The notes: generated by a model from the letters alone, not told the origin. Positions 1 to 10,560 are shown, numbered from the stretch's first letter. The stretch is 64,000 bases of DNA from an uncultured Phycisphaerales bacterium (GCA_963718665.1 OY970359.1:2400001-2464000); one strand, 5' to 3'. A program made the numbers and translations.

Positions 1-333
1 GTACTTTTTCTTCCGTTGCATGAACCCGAAGGGGGGTTGCCTTTGATTGTTCCCGGTAAAACCTATGAGTATCTGGCTGCTCAAAGACCGATCTTGGCAG
101 CTGTACCGAAGGGGGACATACGACGTTTTGTGGAAAAAGCGGGTCTGGGGTATGTTTGTAATCCGACCGATGTTGCTCAAATTGCATCTATGCTTTTGGG
201 GTTGATAGAAAGATATAGAAGCAGAACGGGTTTACGTGTCAGTCCAAATCATAGTTTCATTGGACAGTTTGAACGAAAAAATTTAACAGAACAGCTTGCG
301 GTACTTTTTGATAAAGTGTTCTCTGGATACTGA
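1..333 (+). CDS. Glycosyltransferase (GT4-like), C-terminal part; gene starts before the window
   Basis: Frame is open from position 1; PGKTYEYLAAQRPIL motif is typical of GT-B/GT4 C-termini. Confidence 0.8.
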   Translation, partial: VLFLPLHEPEGGLPLIVPGKTYEYLAAQRPILAAVPKGDIRRFVEKAGLGYVCNPTDVAQIASMLLGLIERYRSRTGLRVSPNHSFIGQFERKNLTEQLAVLFDKVFSGY

Positions 334-355
334 TATTTATAAGGGATAATTTATC

Positions 356-931
356 GTGTTTTACATTCCTGGCACCAATCGGTTTTATGGACTGCTGTTA
401 CGCTTATTCATGAAGTTTTATTATATTGGGGAAAATGTAATAATTGCTCCTTCTTGTGAGATTCGTCGAGCGGCAGCACCTTATATTTACATCGGAAACC
501 GTGTTTCTTTGGGTAAAGATGTGTGGCTGAATATCCCTTATGAAGTGCCGGTTTCTATTAGAAATAGGCCTATAATAAAAATTGGTGACGGTACAGCCAT
601 TGGTAGACGCTGCATGATTACTGCGCTAAACAGCATTGAGATTGGCAATAACGTTTTGTTTGGCCCCGGAGTCTTTATTGCCGATCATTCACACGAGTTC
701 GGAGATGCTTCCAGACCGATCGTGAGCCAAGGTGTAACAGAACCAGGCAAAGTAATTATCGAAGAGGGGTGTTGGTTTGGTTATCACAGTGTGGTGGTTA
801 CCCATAAAGGTCGTGAGATTCGGATTGGGCGCAACTCTGTGATTGGGACAAACGCCGTGGTAACTGAAAGTTTCCCATCATACAGTGTTCTGGTGGGAAA
901 CCCAGCACGAAATGTAAGCAAAGCAAAGTAA
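356..931 (+). CDS. Hexapeptide-repeat (LbH) sugar O-acyltransferase
   Basis: IGxxxx repeats, DHSHEF and C-terminal VGNPAR motif. Confidence 0.85.
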   Translation: MFYIPGTNRFYGLLLRLFMKFYYIGENVIIAPSCEIRRAAAPYIYIGNRVSLGKDVWLNIPYEVPVSIRNRPIIKIGDGTAIGRRCMITALNSIEIGNNVLFGPGVFIADHSHEFGDASRPIVSQGVTEPGKVIIEEGCWFGYHSVVVTHKGREIRIGRNSVIGTNAVVTESFPSYSVLVGNPARNVSKAK

Positions 932-1003
932 TTAACCGACAGAAATCTTGTTTATCCTGTCTAACATTGATTCAGTGTAACCAGTGTTTTCGGCGGCTGA
1001 ATA

Positions 1004-1033
1004 TTCTGTGTTCATCCGTATAATCTATGGTTT
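1004..1033 (-). repeat. Short 9-nt-periodic intergenic repeat (AACCA(C/T)AGATTA(C/T)ACGGAT type)
   Basis: Reverse complement aaaccatagattatacggatgaacacagaa resembles the element at 60445-60540. Confidence 0.5.
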
Positions 1034-1089
1034 AAAAGTGATTGGTTTGACATGCTCGGGAAATTTCTTGTTTATGCAGTTTAAGTTGT

Positions 1090-2466
1090 ATGAATGAAGA
1101 AAGTGAAATTGTTGGGCAACCGGAATTTGTGGGACATACGGTCGTTCATCCGTTGGGATTGATGGCGGTTGTTGTTCTGGGAATATGTGTCTTGCTATTG
1201 CCAAGACGATGGTCCGTCTTGCCGCTTTTGATAATGGCCTGTTTTATTCCATCGGCACAGAGGATTATTATCGCTGGCTTGAATTTTGACTTTCTGCGTA
1301 TCATGGTGCTGTTTGGCGTTATGCGATTGATCCTTCACAACGAGCATCTTGCATTTGTATGGAAACCGCTCGATACTATAATGGTCCTTTGGGTATGCAG
1401 TGCTATGTTGATCTATAGTCTTCATCAGGGCACGTTTTCCGCCGTGATTAATCGTCTGGGTTTCGGGTTTGACGCCTTTGGTATGTATTTTTTGTTTCGC
1501 TGTCTAATCCGCAACTGGGAAGATATTGACCGGCTGGTAATCGGCGGCATTATCATCAGTATCCCGGTGGCAGCATTTTTCCTGTTTGAAAGAAGTACCG
1601 GACGAAATATTTTTTCTATTTTTGGCGGCGTTTCTGCAATTACGGTGATTCGCGAGGGTCGTCTGCGCTGTCAGGGTGCTTTTTCACACGAGATTCTGGC
1701 CGGGTGCTTCTGGGCTTCACTGATGCCGTTATTTGCTGCTTATTGGTGGAAAGGGACCCGAGAAAGAGTCTGGGCCGTAGTCGGACTTATAACAACATCC
1801 ATTGTTGTAATCTGCTGTGCCTCCAGTACGCCGGTCATGGGTGTCATCGCCGGGATGATAGGAGGGGGAATGTTCTGGCTTCGCCGCCATATGCGTTTAA
1901 TTCGCTGGGCTATTGTTCTAACCTTGGTTGGCCTGCATATGGTGATGCAGGCGCCCGTTTGGCATCTGGTATCACGGGTCAGTGCTGTGGGAGGGTCAAC
2001 CGGATGGCATCGATATAATCTGATAAATCAAGCTATCATAAATTTCAGTGACTGGTGGTTAACTGGCTGTTCCGGCTATACGGTACTTTCATGGGGTGTC
2101 CATGCTGGTGATATAACTAATCAGTATATTTTGGAAGGCGTTCGTGGCGGTTTTTTAACGTTTTGTTTGTTTATTGTTGTAATCGTAATTGCATTTCGCG
2201 AGGTCGGCAAACTCTGGCGTTTACAGTCCCAGCATCCATACTGCCTGGCATTGTCTTGGGCGATGGGTGTGAGTCTTTTTGTCCACTGCATGAATTTTAT
2301 TGGGGTATCCTATTTTGGGCAGATTCATATCGTGTGGTATCTCATCCTGGCCATGATCGGAAGTATGTCGATTCAGGCGGCGCCGGTGTTGATGCCAAGA
2401 ATAACGCTTTCATCTAAAGCCATCAAAAAACAGCGTTATCGAAATCTTCAGGCCGGTGGTGGGTAA
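1090..2466 (+). CDS. O-antigen ligase/Wzy-like polysaccharide polymerase
   Basis: About 11-12 hydrophobic segments; RLRCQGAFSHEILAG loop, STGWHR and DITNQY motifs; EPS context. Confidence 0.7.
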   Translation: MNEESEIVGQPEFVGHTVVHPLGLMAVVVLGICVLLLPRRWSVLPLLIMACFIPSAQRIIIAGLNFDFLRIMVLFGVMRLILHNEHLAFVWKPLDTIMVLWVCSAMLIYSLHQGTFSAVINRLGFGFDAFGMYFLFRCLIRNWEDIDRLVIGGIIISIPVAAFFLFERSTGRNIFSIFGGVSAITVIREGRLRCQGAFSHEILAGCFWASLMPLFAAYWWKGTRERVWAVVGLITTSIVVICCASSTPVMGVIAGMIGGGMFWLRRHMRLIRWAIVLTLVGLHMVMQAPVWHLVSRVSAVGGSTGWHRYNLINQAIINFSDWWLTGCSGYTVLSWGVHAGDITNQYILEGVRGGFLTFCLFIVVIVIAFREVGKLWRLQSQHPYCLALSWAMGVSLFVHCMNFIGVSYFGQIHIVWYLILAMIGSMSIQAAPVLMPRITLSSKAIKKQRYRNLQAGGG

Positions 2467-2468
2467 CA

Positions 2469-3437
2469 ATGGAGTTTCTTGATGTTTCTATCATCATCGT
2501 CAACTGGAACACGCGCGACATCCTTCGGGGTTGCCTGTGGTCGGTGTACGAACAAACACAGGATATATCTTTCGAGGTGATTGTCGTAGATAATGCTTCG
2601 ACCGACGGTTCTGTCGAAATGGTAAAGAGGGACTTTCCGCAGGCTGTTTTAATAGAAAACATGGGAAACCGCGGTTTTGCTGCGGCAAATAATCAAGGTC
2701 TTAAAATCACAAAAGGGCAGTATATCCTTCTTCTGAACAGCGATACAATCGTCCTTGATGGGGCGATACAGAAAACAGTTGTATTTGCGGAGCAGCATCC
2801 GGAGGCGGCGGTGATAGGTTGCAAGGCGTTAAATCCCGATGGGTCTCTTCAACCAACCTGCTTTATGTTTCCATCCTTAATCAATATGTTCCTATCATCC
2901 ACTTACCTATATGAGTTATTTCCAAGGGACAGATTCTTCGGTAGGGAACGAATGACTTGGTGGGACAGAAACGATGTAAGGGAAGTTGACGTGGTAACGG
3001 GGTGCTTTATGCTGGTAAGACGTCGGGCAATCGAGCAGACAGGCCTAATGGATGAGCAGTTCTTTGTTTACGGTGAAGAAACGGACTGGTGCTATCGGTT
3101 CAGGCAGGGAGGATGGAAGGTCCTGTTTATTCCTGATGCTAAGATTGTTCACCTCGGCGGGCAGAGCAGTAAGCAAATGGCATCCCAAATGACTTTACAA
3201 TTGAAAGGCAGTATCCTGCAGTTTATGCGCAAACACCATTCTTTTCTGGAGTATAGCATAGCCTGTATTCTGGTGTGGTTGTTTTTTACGATTCGTGTTC
3301 CATGGTGGTTTATAAAATACATTTTCGCCCGGACGCAAAAGGATTATTGCCGTATGAAGATGCTTACATATCTTACTGGAATGAAAAAACTTCTTTTCGA
3401 GGGCGGCAGAGGGCTTAGTGTCAAGCCCGGCAGTTAA
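2469..3437 (+). CDS. Glycosyltransferase family 2
   Basis: SIIIVNWN, VVDNASTDGS, LLNSD and EETDWCYR motifs. Confidence 0.92.
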   Translation: MEFLDVSIIIVNWNTRDILRGCLWSVYEQTQDISFEVIVVDNASTDGSVEMVKRDFPQAVLIENMGNRGFAAANNQGLKITKGQYILLLNSDTIVLDGAIQKTVVFAEQHPEAAVIGCKALNPDGSLQPTCFMFPSLINMFLSSTYLYELFPRDRFFGRERMTWWDRNDVREVDVVTGCFMLVRRRAIEQTGLMDEQFFVYGEETDWCYRFRQGGWKVLFIPDAKIVHLGGQSSKQMASQMTLQLKGSILQFMRKHHSFLEYSIACILVWLFFTIRVPWWFIKYIFARTQKDYCRMKMLTYLTGMKKLLFEGGRGLSVKPGS

Positions 3438-3582
3438 AGATTGTTATATCCGTATGCAATTTGATAAAAAATGCAGGAACGGTAGATTATGTTGAATTCA
3501 ATCTTAGGTCTGACCAGGGACGTGGCAACAGTTTATCCGTCAGGTCAGAGACCTAATCTGTCGATTCAGGAACTGATTACAA

Positions 3583-4629
3583 ATGGAAATAACTCTACAA
3601 CCCGTTGATCGGGACACAGGACAGCAGTTTGCACCATCCTTTATGGATTATAACTATCGACAGCTTTGGGAATATGGTGTTGCCAGTGCTGCAAGGGTGG
3701 GAGCTCAAAGCGAACATGTTGCAATTTATTGTGATGATGAGTTAATTGGTCTTGCGGATGTCCGGATAAAAAAGATTCCCATAATAAAAACAGGGGTTGC
3801 CTATATTAATGGGGGGCCATTAGTTAGGAAAGAATGTGATTCCGGCGGGAAAACGCTTGGATTGTGCCTAAAAGCACTCATTGCTGAATATGTCTGTCGG
3901 CGTAAACTGTCTCTTAGAATTAATCCGTTGCCAATGTGTCCTGATTGGAATCGGCGTGCAGAAGCTGCGTTCCTTGAAAATGCGTTTCAGTGGACTGTGA
4001 ATTTCAGACAGTATCATACGATCATCATTGATATCGGGCAGCCTTTGGATGTTATTCGTAAACAGCTTCATCGAAAATGGCGTAACTGTCTGAATAATGC
4101 GGAAAAACAAAATATGTCGATTGTCAGCGGAACGTCATTGGAGCTTTTTGAAAAATTTAACGGATTATATAAGCAGCTTCGTTCCAGAAAGAACTTTGAT
4201 GTCGATCATGACGATGGTTTTTTCATGAGGGTGCAGAAGACACTTGATGAGTCCGAGAAGCTGTATACCAGTATTGCCGAAGTAGATGGAGTGCCTATCG
4301 CTGGACATGTTTCAAGTATGCTGGGCGATACCTGTGTCTATTTATTAGGGGCGTCAAGCGAGCAGGCGCTGAAAACGAAAGTCGCTTATCTGCTGCAGTG
4401 GCATACGATCAAGGTGGCAAAGGAAAAGGGATGCCGATTGTATGATCTTGGCGGCATTGATCCGGAAAACAATCTAGGGGTGTTTCATTTCAAGCAAGGA
4501 ATGGGCGGGGAAGAGATGACATCGCCTGGGCCATTTGAGTATTATTCAGATGGCCTCAAGCGGGTCGTGTTGTGCGGCGTTTTCGAGCACGGCGGCGTAA
4601 TGCAATTTGAGAGAGTACTGCAGTTATGA
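3583..4629 (+). CDS. FemAB-like/GNAT family protein
   Basis: AYINGGP, KWRNCLN, AYLLQW and YDLGGID...GVFHFKQGMGG motifs. Confidence 0.8.
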   Translation: MEITLQPVDRDTGQQFAPSFMDYNYRQLWEYGVASAARVGAQSEHVAIYCDDELIGLADVRIKKIPIIKTGVAYINGGPLVRKECDSGGKTLGLCLKALIAEYVCRRKLSLRINPLPMCPDWNRRAEAAFLENAFQWTVNFRQYHTIIIDIGQPLDVIRKQLHRKWRNCLNNAEKQNMSIVSGTSLELFEKFNGLYKQLRSRKNFDVDHDDGFFMRVQKTLDESEKLYTSIAEVDGVPIAGHVSSMLGDTCVYLLGASSEQALKTKVAYLLQWHTIKVAKEKGCRLYDLGGIDPENNLGVFHFKQGMGGEEMTSPGPFEYYSDGLKRVVLCGVFEHGGVMQFERVLQL

Positions 4630-5510
4630 CATCTTATGTGATTATTACACCCGCCTATAATGAGGCGAACTATATCGGCAAAACAATCGACAGTGTGCTG
4701 GGGCAAACGGTCCGTCCGCTGATATGGGTGATCGTTGATGATGGTTCTTCGGATAAAACCTGGGAGATTATTAGCGATGCTTCCCAAAAACATCCATGGA
4801 TTGTAGCACATCATCAATTCAAAAACGGTCAATCTAATGCAGATGGCCTGGTGACTGCTTCAGAAGCAATAGCATTTTTGCGTGGATATGATATTGCCAT
4901 CGAAAAGTACCCGAATCCTGGTCTCGTCGTGAAACTTGATGCTGATTTGAAGTTTTCGCCAGATTATTTTAAGCTGCTTATAGACGAGTTTGATTCAGAT
5001 GAGACTCTGGGAATTGCAGGCGGTGTGATCTACGAGTACAAAGGCAAGAATTTAATCCGTGAAAAAATAAGCATGGCTCATGTTCGAGGAGCCACAAAGG
5101 TGTATCGTTGCAAATGCTATGAGGATATTGGCGGAGTACGTCCGGTCTTCGGATGGGATGTGATTGATGAAATACAAGCCCGTGAGACAGGCTGGCAGGT
5201 AAGCAGTTTTGAACACATTCATCTGATTCATTTGCGTCGAACAGCGTCGCGAGGCGGACGGTTTACAGGTTGGGCCCGCAATGGGTATATGGCTTATTAC
5301 ATTGGTATGTCTCCACTCAGAATGCTTCTTCGTTCCCTGTTTCGTTTGGTGGTTATTGGTGATGTTATCCAATCGTTGGGCTTGGCATATGGATATTTTA
5401 AGAATTATTTTTGTAGAACAGGGCGCTTGGAAGATTTAGAAATACTAAGTGCTGTAAAAAAACATCAATGGGTAACGGCCAAAAAAAGTCTGCGTGAACA
5501 TATTGTATAG
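4626..5510 (+). CDS. Glycosyltransferase family 2
   Basis: ITPAYNEA, IVDDGSSD, KLDAD and GWD motifs. Confidence 0.88.
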   Translation: MTSYVIITPAYNEANYIGKTIDSVLGQTVRPLIWVIVDDGSSDKTWEIISDASQKHPWIVAHHQFKNGQSNADGLVTASEAIAFLRGYDIAIEKYPNPGLVVKLDADLKFSPDYFKLLIDEFDSDETLGIAGGVIYEYKGKNLIREKISMAHVRGATKVYRCKCYEDIGGVRPVFGWDVIDEIQARETGWQVSSFEHIHLIHLRRTASRGGRFTGWARNGYMAYYIGMSPLRMLLRSLFRLVVIGDVIQSLGLAYGYFKNYFCRTGRLEDLEILSAVKKHQWVTAKKSLREHIV

Positions 5511-5533
5511 TAACTGCTGTTAAAAGGTAAATT

Positions 5534-6604
5534 ATGAAAAATGGTACCAAATTAAGTGTGGCTGTTATTGGTTGTGGAATAATAGCCAAGGATCATCTTG
5601 GTTCAATAAGAGATAAGTGCGGCCCGGTAAAACTGTTTCTTTGCGACAGGAATACTCAGGCAGCAAATGCTTATAAACTTTCTCTTGGAGGTGATACTGA
5701 AGTTTATGAAGATGCGTTTCGGTTAATATCGGAAAATAAGCTTGATATAGTCCACGTTCTTACTCCGCCGGATTCGCACTATGGTATTGCCCGCCATGCT
5801 ATTGAGAACGGCGCTAATGTTTTAATCGAAAAACCCATGACACTTACTCTTTCTGAAACGGAAGGTTTATTTCAGTTGGGAAAAAAGTATGGGAAAAAAG
5901 TATGTGTGGGGCACAGCCTTTTATATATGGAATGTATGTTAAAGGCTTTCGAACTGATTAAGTCTGGCAAAATGGGGCGGGTTATTAGTGTACATTGTTT
6001 TTTCGGACATGCAGAGAAGAAGAAAACGATTCCTTATGGCGGTGTTAGTCATTGGGCATATAGTATGCCGGGTGGCCCATTGATCAATCTCGTGTCACAT
6101 CCAGCAAGTGTTCTGGTGGAATTATTGGGAATACCTAAAGATATTAATCTGTTTAGTGATGCTCGAAATCTCATGCCGTATGGATATTCTGATTTGCTTG
6201 ATATTTCTATTAGGTCTCCTAAAGGGCATGGTTCACTTACTGTGAGCATGGCCCATGGCAATTCTTCTCGCTATGTTAATATTGAATGTGAAAAAGGAAG
6301 CATATATGTTGATCTTGGATGGCAAACATTCGTGTCTAAGTATCATAAAGGCAAGTTTGGCCCATTGTCCAAAAAGTTTGGCGGTATTGGAAAGGGGCTT
6401 TCACTTATTAAAAGTACACTTGGCATAATCTACAAAGTTGCTACAAAAAGAATAAAATCTAATCCTGGCACAAGGGAATTGGTAGTAAGATTTTATCAGG
6501 CGGTACGTGAACAATACGATTCTCCTGTTAGTGATGCTAATGCAATTGGCGTAGCGAAAATATTGGAACATGTCATTGCGGCAAGTAACAAAAAATCTGA
6601 ATAA
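5534..6604 (+). CDS. Gfo/Idh/MocA family oxidoreductase
   Basis: GCGIIA Rossmann motif, TPPDSH and EKP motifs. Confidence 0.88.
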   Translation: MKNGTKLSVAVIGCGIIAKDHLGSIRDKCGPVKLFLCDRNTQAANAYKLSLGGDTEVYEDAFRLISENKLDIVHVLTPPDSHYGIARHAIENGANVLIEKPMTLTLSETEGLFQLGKKYGKKVCVGHSLLYMECMLKAFELIKSGKMGRVISVHCFFGHAEKKKTIPYGGVSHWAYSMPGGPLINLVSHPASVLVELLGIPKDINLFSDARNLMPYGYSDLLDISIRSPKGHGSLTVSMAHGNSSRYVNIECEKGSIYVDLGWQTFVSKYHKGKFGPLSKKFGGIGKGLSLIKSTLGIIYKVATKRIKSNPGTRELVVRFYQAVREQYDSPVSDANAIGVAKILEHVIAASNKKSE

Positions 6605-6631
6605 TTATAGTTTTAAGATAGGTAGGATGAT

Positions 6632-7612
6632 ATGAATATATTGGTAACTGGTTTTTCAGGAAACTTGGGAAGGGCTGTTGTTAAATCCTTAATCCAAAAT
6701 GGGCATAAATTGCGAGTACTACTTCATGGTTCAGCGTTTTATGCTCAGGAGTTTGATCTTGATGTTGAAATTATATGGGGCAGTTTATCTGACCATCAAT
6801 TGTTTGAACAGCTTACGGAAGGTATGGATGCAGTTGTTCATTGTGCATGGGAAGGTCGCGGTGCTGGTGATGGTATGCTTGAAAAAGTGAATTTAGATGG
6901 TACGATGGCTTTGATTGAATGTGCTGAACGTAATAATGTTAAAACGTTTGTGCATATATCCAGCGTGGGTGTCTATGGATTGAATCGTTATCTATGGGGC
7001 AGCCAGGTAAATGAAGATACGCCGATGGTTAGCGAACAGGATTCAATGAATAGCTATCCTTGGGTAAAAGTGCTCATAGAAAAAAAATGTGAGGAGATTC
7101 ATGATAGATTGGCAATGAACCTTGTGGTTATACGTCCAGGGTTGTTGTTTAGTGATGTGAAAGCACCTGCTAAAAAATTAATAGGGTCTAAAGTAAAGCG
7201 GTATGGATTGTTTGTTGGTAAAGCGAACAATCACTTGCCTTATATTCATGTGGATGATGTTGCCGGAATGATTCTATTGCTGCTTGATAATCCTGTCAAA
7301 TACAGGGTGTATAACTGTGTACCGACTAATCGTTTATCTGCGGCGGAATTCTTTGAACAATGGGGTCTCTACAAAGGGTATTCTGCCAGAGTGCTTAAAA
7401 TGCCCCCTATTATGCTGCGTCTCATGTTCTGGGGTGTTCAGAAGTTAAAAAAAGCCATGGGCAAGAAAATTGGCAGTTCAAGTGTTGATTATCAAATTAT
7501 GACTGGTATTAGGAATATCTTCTATAGTGCTGATAGGGCAGTAAGTGAACTTGGGTGGCAGGACACTACTACCAGTTCTATAATATCGACAGATAAAAGC
7601 ACACAGAAATAG
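6632..7612 (+). CDS. NAD-dependent epimerase/dehydratase (extended SDR)
   Basis: TGFSGNLG, HISSVGVYG, YPWVK (YxxxK) and YIHVDD motifs. Confidence 0.85.
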   Translation: MNILVTGFSGNLGRAVVKSLIQNGHKLRVLLHGSAFYAQEFDLDVEIIWGSLSDHQLFEQLTEGMDAVVHCAWEGRGAGDGMLEKVNLDGTMALIECAERNNVKTFVHISSVGVYGLNRYLWGSQVNEDTPMVSEQDSMNSYPWVKVLIEKKCEEIHDRLAMNLVVIRPGLLFSDVKAPAKKLIGSKVKRYGLFVGKANNHLPYIHVDDVAGMILLLLDNPVKYRVYNCVPTNRLSAAEFFEQWGLYKGYSARVLKMPPIMLRLMFWGVQKLKKAMGKKIGSSSVDYQIMTGIRNIFYSADRAVSELGWQDTTTSSIISTDKSTQK

Positions 7613-8083
7613 GTGAATATACCTATGAAAAGCAAGAAAATATGTCTGGTAGCATCGGCGGGGGGGCATTTGACTCAGCTTTTAAAGCTTGAGGATTGTT
7701 GGCGAGATGGCGAGTTCTTCTTTATTACGACTACTGATGTAATGAAAGAAAAACTTGAAAAGTCAGGCAAAACATATGTAGTTGGCGAGTGTAATCGTAA
7801 CCATCCTGCCTGTGTCATTAAGGTATTACTGAATTGCATCAGGATAGCGTTCACAGAAAATTTTGATGTTGTGATAAGTACCGGTGCTGCTGCTGGTTGC
7901 CTGATGTGTTTTCTTGGTAAAATCAAAGGTGCGAAAATAGTATGGCTTGATAGTATCACAAATGTTGAAAAACTTTCACTATCGGGTCGAATGGTGAGGT
8001 TTATAGCGGACCTGTTTCTTGTTCAGTGGCCTGAACTCGCCAAAAAACACAAAAATGTAGAATATATAGGTACAGTAGTATGA
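7613..8083 (+). CDS. Alg14/PssD/CpsF-like glycosyltransferase subunit
   Basis: ASAGGHLTQL, ISTGAA, LSLSGRM and VQWPE motifs. Confidence 0.88.
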   Translation: MNIPMKSKKICLVASAGGHLTQLLKLEDCWRDGEFFFITTTDVMKEKLEKSGKTYVVGECNRNHPACVIKVLLNCIRIAFTENFDVVISTGAAAGCLMCFLGKIKGAKIVWLDSITNVEKLSLSGRMVRFIADLFLVQWPELAKKHKNVEYIGTVV

Positions 8084-8562
8084 ATTTTCTGACAGTGGGG
8101 ACACAATTTCCATTCGACCGTCTAGTTCGGGCTATAGACGATATGTATGACGAAGGTTCGATTAATGAAGACATATTTGCTCAGATTGGACAAAGTACAT
8201 ACAGACCCCGCAATTTCGAATCGGTGGCTTGTCTGGAAAAAGGTGTGTTTGACGACTATATGAGGCAAGCCTCCGGGATAATCGGCCACGCAGGAATGGG
8301 TACGATAACCATGGCCTTATGTAACCATAAACCATTGCTCGTGATGCCGAGGCTCAGGAGATATCGCGAGGTTGTTAATGACCATCAATTGGCCATTGCT
8401 AAGAAGTTTTCGGAACTCGGGCACATACTAGCAGTCTATGATGCTAAAGATTTACCGGAGGGCGTTCGTAGGTTGGATAATTTCGTCCCTCTGGACAGAA
8501 AAGCCAACCCTGAAGCGGTGGCTGATAGAATTGTTCGTTTTCTTAATAATCTGCGTGACTGA
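8080..8562 (+). CDS. Alg13/PssE/CpsG-like GT28 C-terminal subunit
   Basis: TVGTQFPFDRL, HAGMGTI and NDHQ motifs; overlaps its partner gene. Confidence 0.88.
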   Translation: MNFLTVGTQFPFDRLVRAIDDMYDEGSINEDIFAQIGQSTYRPRNFESVACLEKGVFDDYMRQASGIIGHAGMGTITMALCNHKPLLVMPRLRRYREVVNDHQLAIAKKFSELGHILAVYDAKDLPEGVRRLDNFVPLDRKANPEAVADRIVRFLNNLRD

Positions 8563-8577
8563 CTTCGGGAAAAACAA

Positions 8578-10560
8578 GTGCTTACCAACAACCGTATCAA
8601 AGCTGTAATACTCGCTGGAGTTCGTGACTTTGGGCGCTGCCCCATAGCATCACGTTTGCCTGCACCGCTGTGGCCGGTGGCAGGAGAGTTTACCTTGAAA
8701 CGTCTGCTTCTGCACTTAGCCAGTCAGGGGATAAAGCACATAACAATCTGTTCGAACGGTGACAGTTCGTTGCTAAAGAAAGCAATTGATATTGAAAACA
8801 TCCGGACGTTAGATGTGTGTTTTTGGGAGGAACCGCTGCCGGTCGGCACCGCGGGATCCATTCGCGACGCCGTGAATGGTAAGACAGACGAATTGGTCCT
8901 GGTATTTTCCGCCAATATGATGCGTCCCCCCGATATTAGTTTGTTGATAGCCGCTCACCACGAACAGGGGGCCGACTTAACCGTGGCGTTCAATCCAGCG
9001 TCGGAAAATGACAATATAAGGGGTGAGGCAGCTGGCATCTATGTCTGCAATTCATCTGTGTTGGAACACATTCCAGCAGTAGGTTATTACGACATAAAAG
9101 AAAGTTTGATTCCGGAACTGCTTCGAGCTGGTAAACATGTGCATTATTCTGTGCTGCCACACAGTGCTGGCAATTTCCGCGATTGGCGAGGGTATTTGGA
9201 TGCCATCAGCAACTACCTCGAAAACATGGCAGAAACAGATATCGATTTGAAAATATGTGAGAAGAATAGCAGGCACGTTATCTGGAAGGGTCATGGGGCA
9301 ATTGTTGAGTCAGGAGTGCGGTTTTGCGGCCGGGTTGTTATTCTCGATGGCGCTCGCATCGAAACAGGTGTTGTGATATTTGGTCCGACTATTCTCGGGC
9401 GCAACGTCAGTATCGGCGAAGACAGTGTTGTTGCCGGCAGTGTTATTTGGGATAATTCGCAGATAGGTAAGAACTGTGAAATCCAACGATGCCTCGTCGA
9501 TTACAATGTGGTCGTGCCGGACAATAACGTGGCAGGGGGCAACTGCATACCATCTGAACCGAAGGGAAGCTTGAAAAGGTCGATTACCAGGGCGTCGAAG
9601 CCGGAGAAACAAGGAGTTGGCGGATTGCGGCGGCAACCGCAACAGGCGTTTGGCAATCTGAACGAAAAACAACCGAATCGAAGGCAACGACAAGAACGAA
9701 GCATTCTGCCGTGGTTGGCGAGTGGGTTTGTATTCCTTGCTTTCTTGTGGTCTTACTGGCCTGGGATTATGGACCTGTGGAATACCTGGCAGAGGAGTGA
9801 TGAGTATTCCTCCGGCCTTTTGGTTCCTTTTCTTGCTGTTTACATCTTGTGGTCGAGGCGCCGGCAGATAATCGGAGTTCAGATACAGCCATCCTTGTGG
9901 GGCCTGCTGGCGTTTGTGGTAGTTCAGGCGGTGAGATTCTTCGGTCTATTCTTTATGTACGGTTCCGCGGAGAGATTATCGATTGTTTTAAGCATTGCTG
10001 CGCTGGTGTTGCTCTTGTTTGGGTGGGAGTTTTTCCGCAAAGTGTCTCCAATAGTGCTGTTTCTGCTCTTGATGTTGCCTTGGCCCAATCGGGTTCAGGC
10101 CGCTCTCGCGTTGCCTCTGCAGCGATGGGCTACATCATCTGCGGTGTTCTGTCTGGAGGTGATGGGTTACGATGTTGCGCACGAAGGCAATATCATTCAT
10201 ATCGGTAATGTCACCGTCGCAGTGGCGGAAGCGTGTAACGGGTTAAGGATGGTCACGGCATTTTTTGTAATTAGTGGCCTTGTGGTATTGCTGGTCGAAC
10301 GGGCGTGGTGGGAAAAGCTGATAGTCTTTGTTTCCAGCTTGCCCATCGCTCTGCTCTGCAACACTGTGCGACTGGCAATTACCGCGATTGCTTTCACAGT
10401 ACTTAAAGGTGAATACTGGGAGAAGATGTTTCATGACTTTGGTGGATATGCGATGATGCCGCTGGCCCTTGCGATAGTAGTTGGTGAACTTTGGTTTTTG
10501 GTAAAACTAACGACAGCCCCAAAGCAGAATAGAATAGTGGTAACCAAGGGTGCCCAATGA
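8578..10560 (+). CDS. Fusion protein: degenerate nucleotidyltransferase + LbH + exosortase (EpsH family)
   Basis: N-terminal KAVILAG.. and EEPLPVGTAGSI, then hexapeptide repeats; C-terminal multi-TM domain with EACNGLR (Cys), CNTVR (Arg) and FHDFGG (His). Confidence 0.85.
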   Translation: MLTNNRIKAVILAGVRDFGRCPIASRLPAPLWPVAGEFTLKRLLLHLASQGIKHITICSNGDSSLLKKAIDIENIRTLDVCFWEEPLPVGTAGSIRDAVNGKTDELVLVFSANMMRPPDISLLIAAHHEQGADLTVAFNPASENDNIRGEAAGIYVCNSSVLEHIPAVGYYDIKESLIPELLRAGKHVHYSVLPHSAGNFRDWRGYLDAISNYLENMAETDIDLKICEKNSRHVIWKGHGAIVESGVRFCGRVVILDGARIETGVVIFGPTILGRNVSIGEDSVVAGSVIWDNSQIGKNCEIQRCLVDYNVVVPDNNVAGGNCIPSEPKGSLKRSITRASKPEKQGVGGLRRQPQQAFGNLNEKQPNRRQRQERSILPWLASGFVFLAFLWSYWPGIMDLWNTWQRSDEYSSGLLVPFLAVYILWSRRRQIIGVQIQPSLWGLLAFVVVQAVRFFGLFFMYGSAERLSIVLSIAALVLLLFGWEFFRKVSPIVLFLLLMLPWPNRVQAALALPLQRWATSSAVFCLEVMGYDVAHEGNIIHIGNVTVAVAEACNGLRMVTAFFVISGLVVLLVERAWWEKLIVFVSSLPIALLCNTVRLAITAIAFTVLKGEYWEKMFHDFGGYAMMPLALAIVVGELWFLVKLTTAPKQNRIVVTKGAQ

